In this document: in pieces, positions 26,735 to 37,096 of the stretch
Numbering within the stretch: position 1 is the stretch's first letter
Layout of the letters: every line of letters begins with the position of its first letter
Origin: Patescibacteria group bacterium
GTDB taxonomy: Bacteria > Patescibacteriota > 4484-211
Reading direction: 5' to 3'
Assembly (NCBI GenBank): GCA_018824115.1
Contig: JAHJGY010000022.1
Coordinates: 1-49,460 of the forward strand
Length of the DNA stretch: 49,460 nucleotides
Notes under the pieces: generated by a model
Database searches by the model: none
What the model was told of the DNA's origin: nothing
The model's input: the letters and a program-made list of their open reading frames with translations, nothing else
Position numbers and translations under genes: made by a program

Positions 26735-27679
26735 TTACGGGACGGTAAAAGTCATCTCGAAATAACTAGTTACCTGTTGCGGGTGTCCACCGAGCAGTAA
26801 AGCGCTGTTGGTATGGTCGATAATTTCTAGATCGGTTGCTTTGAGTTCTCTCATCGCATTGAGCAAGACTGAAATTGATGGCGCAGAATCAAGATAGCTG
26901 TTATCCAAATTAAAAAGAGATTCCGTATCAAATTCTTTTATGAGTTGTTCAGTGAGAGTATCGTTTATTAGTGATTCCTCTGCGTTCAGGTAATGTGAAA
27001 AATCTACGGAGGCTACTAAGACAACATTTTCATTTAGAATCTCGCTTGCCAGTAAAATTCCCAAGTCTTTCGCGTCCTGATTATCTAGTGAAGACATAAG
27101 AATGATCGGGACAACTTTTGTTTCTGGAAGGTAATATTTAAGGTAAGGCATCATGCCAGCGATAGAGTGCTCTTTTTGTAAGGTGTAATTGTCTTCTTGA
27201 ACAATGCTCCCCGCGATTAGTTTTTGAGTGATTTGGGTATTTGAGTGTATCTGGCCAAAAGGTGTTTCCCAGCCCCGTGTGGTTGTTAAGATTTTTCCTT
27301 TCCCAGCGTGATGGTGGTTAGGGCCAAGTAGAACAATAGATTCTGGGTATTGTTGATTTAATCTAGAAAAGAAATCTGAGAGTAATCTGCTTGCCAGTAA
27401 GTGATGCGGGACAATTCCTCCCTGCATCTTACTCTGCTGAGCGGTCTCCCCTACTCCAGTGGTGTTAATGCCACGGTAAAAATTGCCAGGTTCAAAGTAT
27501 TCAACCTCGAGAAAATGAATCGGTTCGTCGATAAGATTCTCGCTAACCGAGATACCCAGTGTTTCATTTTCTGGGCTAGTTTTTGTTAACATTAACCTAC
27601 TGTCAATAAAGTCAACTCCGTTGATTAAGATTATGATTAAAAACAGAGTGGTTATTAAGAAGATATTCTTTCTCGTCAT
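26735..27679 (-). CDS. AmmeMemoRadiSam system protein B (Memo family) with N-terminal signal/TM
   Basis: GIVPHH, LLGPNH, W.TPFG, EHSI, ASVDFSHY, TSY. Confidence 0.9.
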   Translation of the reverse strand: MTRKNIFLITTLFLIIILINGVDFIDSRLMLTKTSPENETLGISVSENLIDEPIHFLEVEYFEPGNFYRGINTTGVGETAQQSKMQGGIVPHHLLASRLLSDFFSRLNQQYPESIVLLGPNHHHAGKGKILTTTRGWETPFGQIHSNTQITQKLIAGSIVQEDNYTLQKEHSIAGMMPYLKYYLPETKVVPIILMSSLDNQDAKDLGILLASEILNENVVLVASVDFSHYLNAEESLINDTLTEQLIKEFDTESLFNLDNSYLDSAPSISVLLNAMRELKATDLEIIDHTNSALLLGGHPQQVTSYFEMTFTVP

Positions 27680-30600
27680 TACTCAATAATAATTGATGTT
27701 TCTGTTCCTAGGTTAAGATCATCCAGTGCATTCTGAGATTGGATAAGCACTGGTTCTCCCACGTATTCTCCCTTGGAAATAACGCGTGCATAGTAAACAA
27801 GTGGGTTTTGTTGGCTATTTCGGTAAGTGCAGAAATTTATTCTTTGTCCGACAGTTTCGTAAGGATAAGTGACTTCTAGTTGGTCTGACTGGGAAATTCC
27901 CCAACTGGATAATTTAGTAATCGGGCGTAATCCAGAAGGTAAGAAGTCGGTCACTTGGTAACAGCCGCCGTAAGCTTTGTTGGCTAACTTGTAAGTGATC
28001 TTTACTTTTACTAAATCTGATTCAGCCACCATTTTTACTGGTTGGTCATTCACTAAAAATGTGCGGTTTACCGCGGCATAGGGACTTTTATCAATGGTAG
28101 TTGAATCCACTGCCGTTTGGCGTACAATCGATAGGCCGACATTGTCACTAACCTCGCTAAAGGTAATACTTTCTGCTTCTGTGGAATTCAAATTCAGTTG
28201 CCATGACCTACCTAGTTCCAAATTCTTGGTTTCTGTAACGTTATTAACTGAGTAGGTGAAACTGACAGGCTCGGGGTTAGCCGAAGGGAGACTATTTGTT
28301 AAGTAAGAAAGTTTTTCAAGGTTAGTTAAGATATCTTTGGTGCGGTGATCATCAATGTATTTAAATAGCTTTTCACTTTTAGTATCGTTGAAAGCTTGAG
28401 CAATCTGGGCTGCTATGGTGGTAGCGGTTAGGATATCATCTTGATCCGAACCCGTGTTTAGGCGCAGGTACGGGCCAGACTCTTCACCGCAAGATTCGAC
28501 TACCTGCCGGTAGATAGCGTGGGCGTTTTGATAATCACCGGCCTCTGTTAACCCTAGAGCAAGATAGAGTTTCTCTGTTGTCGTAAGGCCAGATTGGGTA
28601 GATAGTCGTTTTAACATGACGAGAACCGGTTCGTCTAAAGAAGCTAGTCCATATAAAGCGCTGATTGTTTCATTAATATTAGAAGTTCGATTTTCAGTAA
28701 TTGCCCAGAAATAGTTTTTTAAGGCGGTCGAATCAAATTCATTTCCCGCGAGGGCGCTGACTTTAGCGCTAAGGTCAATTTCACTGCTGCTGTATGGCAG
28801 TAAGGTAATCCCGCCGTTGGGGGCCTGGTAAAGGGAAGGATTAAAATCGGGGATTGAACGATTAGTTTCAAAGTATTGGTTTAGCAGTTGAGTGCCTTTT
28901 ACGCGAGTAAGTCGTTGGTCAACGCGGTCTCCCCAGGCCCAGGATAGTTGGTTAAGTGGAGGATAATATCGTCCACGGTTATCATCGCTAAAAATAAGGG
29001 AAACACTGTCCTGGTGAGGGTTATCAACTATGGTATCTTCGGTTAGTTGAGTGTAAATAGCTTCCGTTCTAGCAAGACGTGAGCTAATTACTCGGAAAGT
29101 ACGAGCAACGGCATCGCTATAATTTCCTGCTTTGGCTTGGACGATTAGACGATGCTCACCTTCCTGTAAAACCGGAAGAGTATATTCTACTGTTTCAAAA
29201 GCAGAACCGGTAACGCTTTGTGGTTCGGTTACGCCAAGCGAAGGGATACTTATGGAGTATTTCACTTCTTGACCTTTTTGCAGAGTATCTCCATAGGCAC
29301 GTAACTTGATTTTTGGTTTATCTTTTAGCAAATATTCATTACTGATGGATAATTCGATGAAGAAAGGGAGCCGGACAATAAGATTGTTAGTACCGTGATT
29401 TGCTTTTAAGTCCTGAGTGATTCCGTGATAAGTAATACGCCAGGAAGTGAGGTTATCGGGAAGCTTAAATTTGAAAGTCCCATGGCCTTGTGAATCAGTC
29501 TGGGTAATGCCGAAAAACGCGTTGTCAGCGAAATTTTCCCTCACCAAGCCTTTCTCATTATGGACATAAAATCCTCCGGCTAAGTAGGTCTTATGATCCT
29601 TAATCTGGAGGTTGTAGACATTAAATTGTCCGTACTTTTGTTCAATTGAGGTGATCATGACACTGTCGCCATTCTCGTCTAGAAGAAAGTCTCCCGGTTC
29701 GGCTAGTCCGATTGGTTTCCATACTCCATTAATGAATAATCGATGTTCGGGAGTAACTTGGAGATCATGATTGATGACTAGTAGATGTTGTACCTTATGT
29801 TTATCTACGCGAATTACCTGGTCAGAGGTACTAATTTTACTTCCGGGAGAAGTAAGGGTTTGGATATTATCCCCTACTGTGATTTGGTCAATGGGTTGGT
29901 AAGATCCATTTGCTAGTTTGACTGGCGTTCCTTGGAGGAAGCAGCCGCCGCCGTATTCTGCGCTTACTTTGTCAACTGGGTATTGATGCGAAGAGTAGGT
30001 TTGGAGAATTCCCGAGGATATTTGGGTGTAAAGATCATCTAAGAAAGTGACGTATTGTTTTTTTAGTGCAAAGAAAGCTTCGTCTACTAAACTAACATTT
30101 ACTTCGGCTGCTTGTCCTTTACCTTCTTGATCTTTTACTTCCACGTTTAGCTCTACCTCTTCAGTTGGCTGGTATTGTAATTTTACTGGCTGGACAGTAA
30201 TATCTAGTTCTTTATCGCTACTGCGATAGATGACATTGGTTGAACTTGAGGTTTGATAGGTCCGTCCGTTGAAGTAAATTCCTCGGAGATAAACATTAGG
30301 GATATATTGTGGTGCCATCGTAAATTCAAATGATGGAGTAGTCTGTAGTTGATACTGGCTTAAGCCTCTTTGGTCAAGAAGGAATAAGTAATGCTGATCT
30401 TTTTGTTCTGGGAGAAGCTCTTCTCCGTCTTGGAAATCGGCTAATACCTGTTCGTCTAAACTGTACTTGTTCTCGTTCCCGCGCAGGACCAAGTGGTAGT
30501 AACCAGAGGAAGAAGGAGAGTTAACTGAGGATCCGGAGCGGCCATAGTAATATTCGTGACCATAGCAATAGACCGTTTGTTTAGTGACTCTCCCTCGTTC

Positions 30601-33093
30601 GTCTGTAGCAGTAAATTGCAGTTCATACAATTCCTTTTCTGCCATTGTAAATTGATAGGTTGCATCCCCGTTATTATCGCTAGTCAGGGAAATATTATCG
30701 ATCACCTCACTGTGGGAAGAGTAGGTATAACGCTTGCGAACCTTCTTGTTAATGAAATCATAATATTCTCCAGACTCCTTCTTTTCCCACCATTTTCGGG
30801 ACAAAGTACCAGTTATTTTTTGGTTGGCAATCGGCTCCCCGAGGTATTCAGTTGTTGTTCCCTGGTTGATTCCTTCTAAATTAATTTCATTAGCAGTAAT
30901 GGTCACCTTAGCTTGATTGTTTGTAAGGTATTCACGTTGTGCACTAAGATAAACTTTAGGGCCAAAAACACTAACAAAAGTACTCCCGGTGATTTCGCCT
31001 TCTTCAGATACTTTGGGTACAAATTCGATGTATTTTGTGCGCGGGTAGGAAATATAAGAATCAGTCTCGTATCCAGGAGTGTAGGGAATTTGAAATTGTC
31101 CTTTATCATCACTGGTTACTTCGCCCTCGATACTCCCACTGTATTTAAGTGTAACTTGTGGTACAGGAGATCCTTCATAAAAGGCAACTTCACCGTTAAG
31201 GGTTACGGGATCACCGGCAAAAACAGCTTTCGTTCCTGGCGTCACCGAGATTTTGTAGGCGGGCTTAGTATAGGCTTTGATGTTGATCCAGTTGGAGCTG
31301 ATGGTTTCTCCTTCGACCGAAAGGACAACTTGATAGTCTCCCGCTTTAAGGTTTGTAAATGAGAGATTTCCATTAAATGTACCGAAATCTGATGGAGAAA
31401 GAACTTTCTCTTGGACAGTACTTACTTGGTTGTTACCCGATGGCTCGAGGGCAACCTTAACCTCCGGGCGGTTAGCCGGTTGATCCCGATGTTTAATTAG
31501 TCCCCAGAAATAGATAGTATCAGTGGGCTGGTAAAGATCGCGGTCAAAATATAAATAGGCCCAGTAATTATCATTAGCTTGAGAGTAGTAGTACCACGGC
31601 GCTTCGTAATCAGTAAAGAAACGGCCGTAATTACCGTAATAGGCTTGATTAGCGGGTAGAACGAGACGTTCGCCATCATTGCCTGAGATAAGAAAATATT
31701 GGGCCTTGCTTTCCTCTTTGATAACTGCCGGTGTGTCGAAATAGGCAATGCCCTGTTCGTTGGTAGTGGTTTGGTAGTTCTCTCCGATTAAAGTTACGGT
31801 AGCGTTACCGAACGGTTTCTTAGAAGACAGATGATGGACCCAGATGATAGTCTTTGTTTTACTCGTTCCGATATAGCTGGAGAGGTCAGTGACTTGCATG
31901 AGAACTTGTTTGACAGTTTGCTCGTGGATTCCCTGGACAAGGTAGTAGCCATAACTTATTTTTTCCGGGAAGATGATGTACCCTTGATTCTCGCCCTTTT
32001 GAATCGGGGATGTGAAGGTTGAGATATGCTCAAGATTGTCGGTGCTTGTTAGGTATTTTGTCCAGCTGGCACTTGCCCATAAAGGCACTTTTTTTCTTTG
32101 CTTTAGTTCCTCAATAAAGGATTCTTGGGTGGGGAATCGGTAAATTTCAAAGGTTAGTTCAAGGTCGTTGGGTAGCTCATAAGCGTAGATGCCCAGAGCT
32201 GGCTCCTCAAACGATGGTACTTCAACGAATTGTTTCGCAAAATCGAAGTTGTAAACGGTATCCTTGGGGGTTGGCGTTGGCGGAGCCTGAGTCTCGAATT
32301 GGAAAGTATAATTACTGGCGAGTGTTTCATTGCTTTCGGCAAGGCCAAGTTCCTTACTAATGGTAACGGTATAAATGGTGGCGTATTCGAGTTTTTTGGG
32401 AACAAAGACGGCCGTCTTTTTATGCCGCTCAAAACTGCCTTCAACGGTAGGAGTGACACCAAAAAATAAGGAAGGGTCTTGGTAATTTTCGTGACTAAAA
32501 GTGATTTCTAGGCCTGTGTCAATTGGCACATTGCCCACTTTATCTCGAGGAAGCGAACTGGTGACCTTAAACGTCTTTTTAGTTTGGAATGCCCATTGGC
32601 AGGACTCGCCCGATTTAGCGAATCCATTTGTTAGGTGAAATCGGTAGATAGTGTCTGGTGTAAGTGTTTGGCTGGGAATAAGTTTAACGGTGGTGTCATT
32701 GATTTGTGAAAGCTGATAATTAAATTCTGGCTGTGCTGACAGAGAGTTCCTTACTTGATTAAGAGGTAATGCTTCCTTGCTGGTGATAAGAAACGGAGTC
32801 GTTAAAGTAACTCCGATACTGTCGGCAATTTCGGCTCTCATAGAAAATACGGGTTCGTCTACTGTTACTGGTTGTCCGTGCCAGTCGATTGGTGTGGGAG
32901 TAGGTGTTGGGCTAGGGCCAGTTGGTGGAATTAAGAGGTTAGGGAAAACTAGAAAAAGGATTGATAGGATAAAAATTAAACTGCTGAGGGCAAGCCAAAT
33001 TACCTTTTTACCGGATAAGTTCTGGATGGTGTCTCGAGAAAACAACGACCTCAATTTATTAGCGACAGTTCTCTTTTCAATCCGATCATCCAT
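27679..33093 (-). CDS. Membrane-anchored bacterial alpha-2-macroglobulin-family protein with Ig-like (Big_5-type) domains and an internal Hint domain
   Basis: TM and PT linker, DRDLYQP.D.I.FWG (MG2), SLVDEAFF, VRENF.D.AFF...LPDNLTSWR, YQ..NGG, VTDFLPSGL. Confidence 0.92.
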   Translation of the reverse strand: MDDRIEKRTVANKLRSLFSRDTIQNLSGKKVIWLALSSLIFILSILFLVFPNLLIPPTGPSPTPTPTPIDWHGQPVTVDEPVFSMRAEIADSIGVTLTTPFLITSKEALPLNQVRNSLSAQPEFNYQLSQINDTTVKLIPSQTLTPDTIYRFHLTNGFAKSGESCQWAFQTKKTFKVTSSLPRDKVGNVPIDTGLEITFSHENYQDPSLFFGVTPTVEGSFERHKKTAVFVPKKLEYATIYTVTISKELGLAESNETLASNYTFQFETQAPPTPTPKDTVYNFDFAKQFVEVPSFEEPALGIYAYELPNDLELTFEIYRFPTQESFIEELKQRKKVPLWASASWTKYLTSTDNLEHISTFTSPIQKGENQGYIIFPEKISYGYYLVQGIHEQTVKQVLMQVTDLSSYIGTSKTKTIIWVHHLSSKKPFGNATVTLIGENYQTTTNEQGIAYFDTPAVIKEESKAQYFLISGNDGERLVLPANQAYYGNYGRFFTDYEAPWYYYSQANDNYWAYLYFDRDLYQPTDTIYFWGLIKHRDQPANRPEVKVALEPSGNNQVSTVQEKVLSPSDFGTFNGNLSFTNLKAGDYQVVLSVEGETISSNWINIKAYTKPAYKISVTPGTKAVFAGDPVTLNGEVAFYEGSPVPQVTLKYSGSIEGEVTSDDKGQFQIPYTPGYETDSYISYPRTKYIEFVPKVSEEGEITGSTFVSVFGPKVYLSAQREYLTNNQAKVTITANEINLEGINQGTTTEYLGEPIANQKITGTLSRKWWEKKESGEYYDFINKKVRKRYTYSSHSEVIDNISLTSDNNGDATYQFTMAEKELYELQFTATDERGRVTKQTVYCYGHEYYYGRSGSSVNSPSSSGYYHLVLRGNENKYSLDEQVLADFQDGEELLPEQKDQHYLFLLDQRGLSQYQLQTTPSFEFTMAPQYIPNVYLRGIYFNGRTYQTSSSTNVIYRSSDKELDITVQPVKLQYQPTEEVELNVEVKDQEGKGQAAEVNVSLVDEAFFALKKQYVTFLDDLYTQISSGILQTYSSHQYPVDKVSAEYGGGCFLQGTPVKLANGSYQPIDQITVGDNIQTLTSPGSKISTSDQVIRVDKHKVQHLLVINHDLQVTPEHRLFINGVWKPIGLAEPGDFLLDENGDSVMITSIEQKYGQFNVYNLQIKDHKTYLAGGFYVHNEKGLVRENFADNAFFGITQTDSQGHGTFKFKLPDNLTSWRITYHGITQDLKANHGTNNLIVRLPFFIELSISNEYLLKDKPKIKLRAYGDTLQKGQEVKYSISIPSLGVTEPQSVTGSAFETVEYTLPVLQEGEHRLIVQAKAGNYSDAVARTFRVISSRLARTEAIYTQLTEDTIVDNPHQDSVSLIFSDDNRGRYYPPLNQLSWAWGDRVDQRLTRVKGTQLLNQYFETNRSIPDFNPSLYQAPNGGITLLPYSSSEIDLSAKVSALAGNEFDSTALKNYFWAITENRTSNINETISALYGLASLDEPVLVMLKRLSTQSGLTTTEKLYLALGLTEAGDYQNAHAIYRQVVESCGEESGPYLRLNTGSDQDDILTATTIAAQIAQAFNDTKSEKLFKYIDDHRTKDILTNLEKLSYLTNSLPSANPEPVSFTYSVNNVTETKNLELGRSWQLNLNSTEAESITFSEVSDNVGLSIVRQTAVDSTTIDKSPYAAVNRTFLVNDQPVKMVAESDLVKVKITYKLANKAYGGCYQVTDFLPSGLRPITKLSSWGISQSDQLEVTYPYETVGQRINFCTYRNSQQNPLVYYARVISKGEYVGEPVLIQSQNALDDLNLGTETSIIIE
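29557..29943 (-). other. Hint (intein-like) domain, 129 aa, no endonuclease
   Basis: Block A CFLQGTPV, block B VTPEH, blocks F/G VYNLQI....TYLAGGFYVHN. The +1 residue is Glu. Confidence 0.92.
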
Positions 33094-33152
33094 AATCTAT
33101 ACTTTATCACAACGACCAACTCCTGGCCAAGCTTATCGCACGGCGCGATCTG

Positions 33153-34364
33153 CTAATTCGTGATTCTGACAAATTTTCTTTTCCCAGCTTTGATGATAGT
33201 TCCATCTTTAACTCTAAATTCTAAGGTGGCATCGCCTACTCTCTGGTTATCTACTTCTACGGCCCCTTGTTGAATTAAACGTTTAGCTTCGGATTTGCTC
33301 GATGCCAGCTTGGTTAGCGTGAGTAACTCGAGGAGATCTATCTTTTTCTTATTAATTTTTACACTCGGAATATCAGTGGGAAAGTCCCCTCTTTGTACTA
33401 CTTTCTCAAACTCGTTTTCTGCCTGATTAGCTTTTTTTTCACCGTGGTAGAATTTGGTTACAGTGTAAGCGAGAACTTTTTTGATCTCCATCGGATTTTC
33501 ACCCTGAGCTAATTGCTCCTTGAAGTTATCTAATTCTTCGGGGCAGAATTCAGTACACATCTGCAGATAATCCATCATCAGCTCATCTTTGACAGACATT
33601 AATTTGCCATACATGTTCTTTGGTATGTCAAATACGTTAATCATGTTACCGAAACTCTTGCTCATTTTCTGGCCGTCTGATCCAACAAGCAATTTGCAGG
33701 TAAAGACTAGCTTTTCCTTGTTCTTTAAGCATTTCATTAATGTCCGGCCGGCAAGCATATTAAAAGTTTGGTCCGTTCCTCCAATCTCGGCATCGACATC
33801 CATAGCTACACAGTCATAGCCTTGCATTAATGGGTAGAAAAATTCATGCAGGTAGATTGGTTTGTTGTTCTTGAGGCGCTCTTGGTACATATCGCGCTCA
33901 ATCATCTGTTGTACGGTAAAATTACTGGCTAGTTCAACTAAATCTTTAAATGTTAGTTCTGCTAACCAATTACTATTAAATCGAACCTCGGCGGGGTTGC
34001 CGCCTTCGAAATTAAGTATTAACGAGACCTGTTTTTTATAGGTTTTGGCGTTGAGCTTAACTTGTTGAGGTGTCAATTTTACCCGCGCCGCGGATTTATC
34101 AGTGGGATCGCCAATCATTCCAGTGAAGTCCCCGATTAAAAAGATAACCTTGTGGCCTAATTGTTGAAATTCTCGCAGTTTGCGGATAACAACCGCGTTT
34201 CCTAAATGGATGTTGGGAGACGAGGGGTCTACGCCTAGATAGATGGAAATTTGTTTCCCGCTGTTTAGTATTTCCCGTGCGGTCTCCGCAGATGGGTACA
34301 CGGTGTCGATGTTGTAGGTTAAAAGGTGGTCAAGATCCTCCTTAGTTGGTTTAGGTAATTGCAT
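33153..34364 (-). CDS. tyrS: Tyrosine--tRNA ligase
   Basis: GVDPS...HLGN, YPLMQGYD, GGTDQ.FN, KMSKS and an S4-like tail. Confidence 0.98.
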   Translation of the reverse strand: MQLPKPTKEDLDHLLTYNIDTVYPSAETAREILNSGKQISIYLGVDPSSPNIHLGNAVVIRKLREFQQLGHKVIFLIGDFTGMIGDPTDKSAARVKLTPQQVKLNAKTYKKQVSLILNFEGGNPAEVRFNSNWLAELTFKDLVELASNFTVQQMIERDMYQERLKNNKPIYLHEFFYPLMQGYDCVAMDVDAEIGGTDQTFNMLAGRTLMKCLKNKEKLVFTCKLLVGSDGQKMSKSFGNMINVFDIPKNMYGKLMSVKDELMMDYLQMCTEFCPEELDNFKEQLAQGENPMEIKKVLAYTVTKFYHGEKKANQAENEFEKVVQRGDFPTDIPSVKINKKKIDLLELLTLTKLASSKSEAKRLIQQGAVEVDNQRVGDATLEFRVKDGTIIKAGKRKFVRITN

Positions 34365-34409
34365 TTAACCTAATTATATATATGAGGGTGATTGGAGACA
34401 AGGTAGAGA

Positions 34410-34438
34410 TTGAGAAAGCTGTCTTTTATTTGTATAAT
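34410..34438 (+). promoter_or_regulatory. sigma70 promoter candidate for the PBP gene
   Basis: TTGAGA-N17-TATAAT. Confidence 0.65.
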
Positions 34439-34462
34439 TCAATGAGACCCAGAAAACACGTC

Positions 34463-37084
34463 ATGCCGCGAAGGATTTCATCGAAACGAGCTAAACATAA
34501 AAACAAGTTTTGGGTTGCTGCTTCAAAGCGGAGATCTAAAATTAAAGGGGAAAAAAGAGTTAAGCGTGAACGGGTAGTACGCATCATTTCCTGGATTGCC
34601 ATTGGAATGGTAGCTTGTTGTATTTTGGGTTTAGTTTCTGCAGTAACTGTAGTCGCGTTTTTTTCAAAAGATTTACCTTCTCCAAATACATTAACTGAAC
34701 GTGAAATACCGCAATCAACTAAGATATTTTCTCGAGACGGGCATCTCCTTTACGAAATATATGCCGAAGAAAGGCGGACTTTGGTGGAACTAAAAGATAT
34801 CCCTCAATATTTAATTGATGCAACGCTAGCTACTGAAGATGCGGATTTCTATAAACATAGAGGATTTGATATCAGAGGGTTTGTTTATGCACTTTACCGG
34901 AATATACTTACCGGGAGTAGACAGGGAGGGTCCACAATTCCTCAGCAGTTAGTGAAGAATGTTTTATTATCTCCGGAGAAGACTTTAATTCGGAAGATTA
35001 AGGAATTTCTTTTAGCTCTCGAAGTGGAGCGCCGGTACAGTAAAGACGAAATTTTGCAGATGTATCTTAATGAAGTTCCTTACGGAGGTCAGGCGTGGGG
35101 CGTGGGTGCTGCTTCGGAAATGTATTTTGGTAAGCACGTGCGGGATGTAAGTCTGGCCGAAGCAACTTTGTTGGCAGGATTACCTCAGAGTCCAACCTAC
35201 TACTCACCATTTGGGACATATCCGGAGAACGCAAAGGCCCGGCAGGAATATGTTTTAACTTTAATGGTTAAACATGGTTCTATTACCCAGGAAGAGGCTG
35301 ACGAAGCAAAGAACGTTACATTACACTACCTACCACAGGCGATTAGTATTAAAGCACCGCACTTTGTGATGTTTGTGAAAAATAAGTTAGTTCAGGAATT
35401 TGGAGAGAAGATGGTGGAGCAAGGGGGATTGCGGGTAGTAACCACGTTGGATATGCAATTACAGAAAATTGCCGAAGAGGAAGTAAAATATCAACTTGAT
35501 CGTTTGGCAGAATCAAATGCGAGCGCGGGTAATGCGGGCCTTGTCTCTGTAGATCCGGAAAAGGGTGAAATTCTAGCGATGGTTGGTTCCAAGGACTATT
35601 TTGACGTGGAACACGATGGCAATGTAAATGTTACTTTAGCTGAGCGACAGCCTGGCTCTTCAATAAAACCGATTATGTACGTAACCGCTTTTGAGATGGG
35701 ATATACTCCAGCTACATACCTTTCTGACATTCGTACTTGCTGGAATGCACCTAGCGGTGATTTTTGTCCGCTTGAATCCGATGGAAAGTATTGGGGGCCA
35801 ATGCTTTTGAGAGATGCGTTAGCTAACTCACGAAATGTCCCGGCTGTGAAAATGCTGCAGCAGGTGGGAATTCAAAATACAATAGATACAGCTCATGCGA
35901 TGGGGATCACGACGTTGAATGAGCCGGAGCGGTATGGATTGTCGTTAACTCTGGGTGGGGGTGAGGTAAAGCTGATCGATATGGTGCAAGCTTTTTCCGT
36001 ATTTGCCCGGGGTGGTGTGAAAACCGATATTACGCCCTTGTTACGAGTGGAAGATAGCAAAGGAAAGGTACTTAAGAAGAAAGTTCAACCAAATGAGAAA
36101 AGAGTGCTTGATGAGAAATATGTGTATTTAATCAATAACGTTTTATCAGATAATGTTACACGGCAAAGGCTGTTTGGTGCAAGGAATTTATTGGAGATTG
36201 GAAGGCCAGCAGCAGTGAAGACAGGAACGACGAATGATAATCGCGACGCGTGGTGTATTGGTTACACTCCACAGCTGGTAACTGGCATCTGGGTGGGTAA
36301 TAATGATAATTCGCCAATGGCACAGAACGTTCAGGGTTCAACTGGAGCAACTCCGATTTGGCATCACTTTATGCGACGGGCTTTAGAGGGTCAGGAAGTT
36401 AGAGATTGGGAGAGACCGGACTCCATAATTAAGGTAACGGTTGATTTGTTATCAGGTAAATTACCGCAGGAAGGGAGGGATTACGCGAATCGGACAGAGA
36501 TTTTTGTGAAAGATACCGAGCCGACTCAAATTGATGATTTTCATATCACTGTTGATGTTTGTAAAGATAACGAAAATTTACTCGCGACTGACTATCATAT
36601 TGATCACGGCTTATCGATTCAACGGACTTTGCGAAAATTGGTCGAGATTAATAGTGATTGGCAGAGTTATACAGACCGATGGATTGGAGGTTTGCCGGAG
36701 TACCAAAGTCCACCCACCGAGTATTGTGCCATTGAGGTAGATGAACGAGATGCAGAAGAACCGATTGTGGAGATAAAATTGCCCGAAGATGGAGCGGAAC
36801 TACTGGTTTACGGGTTCGATGTGGAAGCAGAGGTCTATACGAACTCTACAATTACCAAGGTAGAATTTTACTGGGATGATATTTTGGTTGAGGAGGTTAC
36901 TTCGGTTCCTTATGCGGTTACTTATTCTTTATCAATGAACGAGCAGGGAGAACACCAGATTGTGGTTAAAGCTTTTGATAGTGAAGGTGATGAAGGGTCA
37001 TCGGCAATAACTGTTCACTTACCGATTAAAGAAAAAGTACCTACACCGACAATAAAAATTTCTCCAACTCTCGAAGTATTTTGA
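34463..37084 (+). CDS. Class A penicillin-binding protein (PBP1A family) with C-terminal Ig-like domain
   Basis: TED..FY.H.G.D, GGSTI.QQLVKN, RKIKE, SSIK, SRN, KTGT. Start moved downstream of the promoter to ATG 34463. Confidence 0.93.
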   Translation: MPRRISSKRAKHKNKFWVAASKRRSKIKGEKRVKRERVVRIISWIAIGMVACCILGLVSAVTVVAFFSKDLPSPNTLTEREIPQSTKIFSRDGHLLYEIYAEERRTLVELKDIPQYLIDATLATEDADFYKHRGFDIRGFVYALYRNILTGSRQGGSTIPQQLVKNVLLSPEKTLIRKIKEFLLALEVERRYSKDEILQMYLNEVPYGGQAWGVGAASEMYFGKHVRDVSLAEATLLAGLPQSPTYYSPFGTYPENAKARQEYVLTLMVKHGSITQEEADEAKNVTLHYLPQAISIKAPHFVMFVKNKLVQEFGEKMVEQGGLRVVTTLDMQLQKIAEEEVKYQLDRLAESNASAGNAGLVSVDPEKGEILAMVGSKDYFDVEHDGNVNVTLAERQPGSSIKPIMYVTAFEMGYTPATYLSDIRTCWNAPSGDFCPLESDGKYWGPMLLRDALANSRNVPAVKMLQQVGIQNTIDTAHAMGITTLNEPERYGLSLTLGGGEVKLIDMVQAFSVFARGGVKTDITPLLRVEDSKGKVLKKKVQPNEKRVLDEKYVYLINNVLSDNVTRQRLFGARNLLEIGRPAAVKTGTTNDNRDAWCIGYTPQLVTGIWVGNNDNSPMAQNVQGSTGATPIWHHFMRRALEGQEVRDWERPDSIIKVTVDLLSGKLPQEGRDYANRTEIFVKDTEPTQIDDFHITVDVCKDNENLLATDYHIDHGLSIQRTLRKLVEINSDWQSYTDRWIGGLPEYQSPPTEYCAIEVDERDAEEPIVEIKLPEDGAELLVYGFDVEAEVYTNSTITKVEFYWDDILVEEVTSVPYAVTYSLSMNEQGEHQIVVKAFDSEGDEGSSAITVHLPIKEKVPTPTIKISPTLEVF

Positions 37085-37096
37085 TTGTACTTAGTC

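Noticed and set aside
29557..29943. Classical mobile splicing intein
   Set aside because: There is no endonuclease domain and the +1 residue is Glu, so it is treated as a BIL-type Hint domain.
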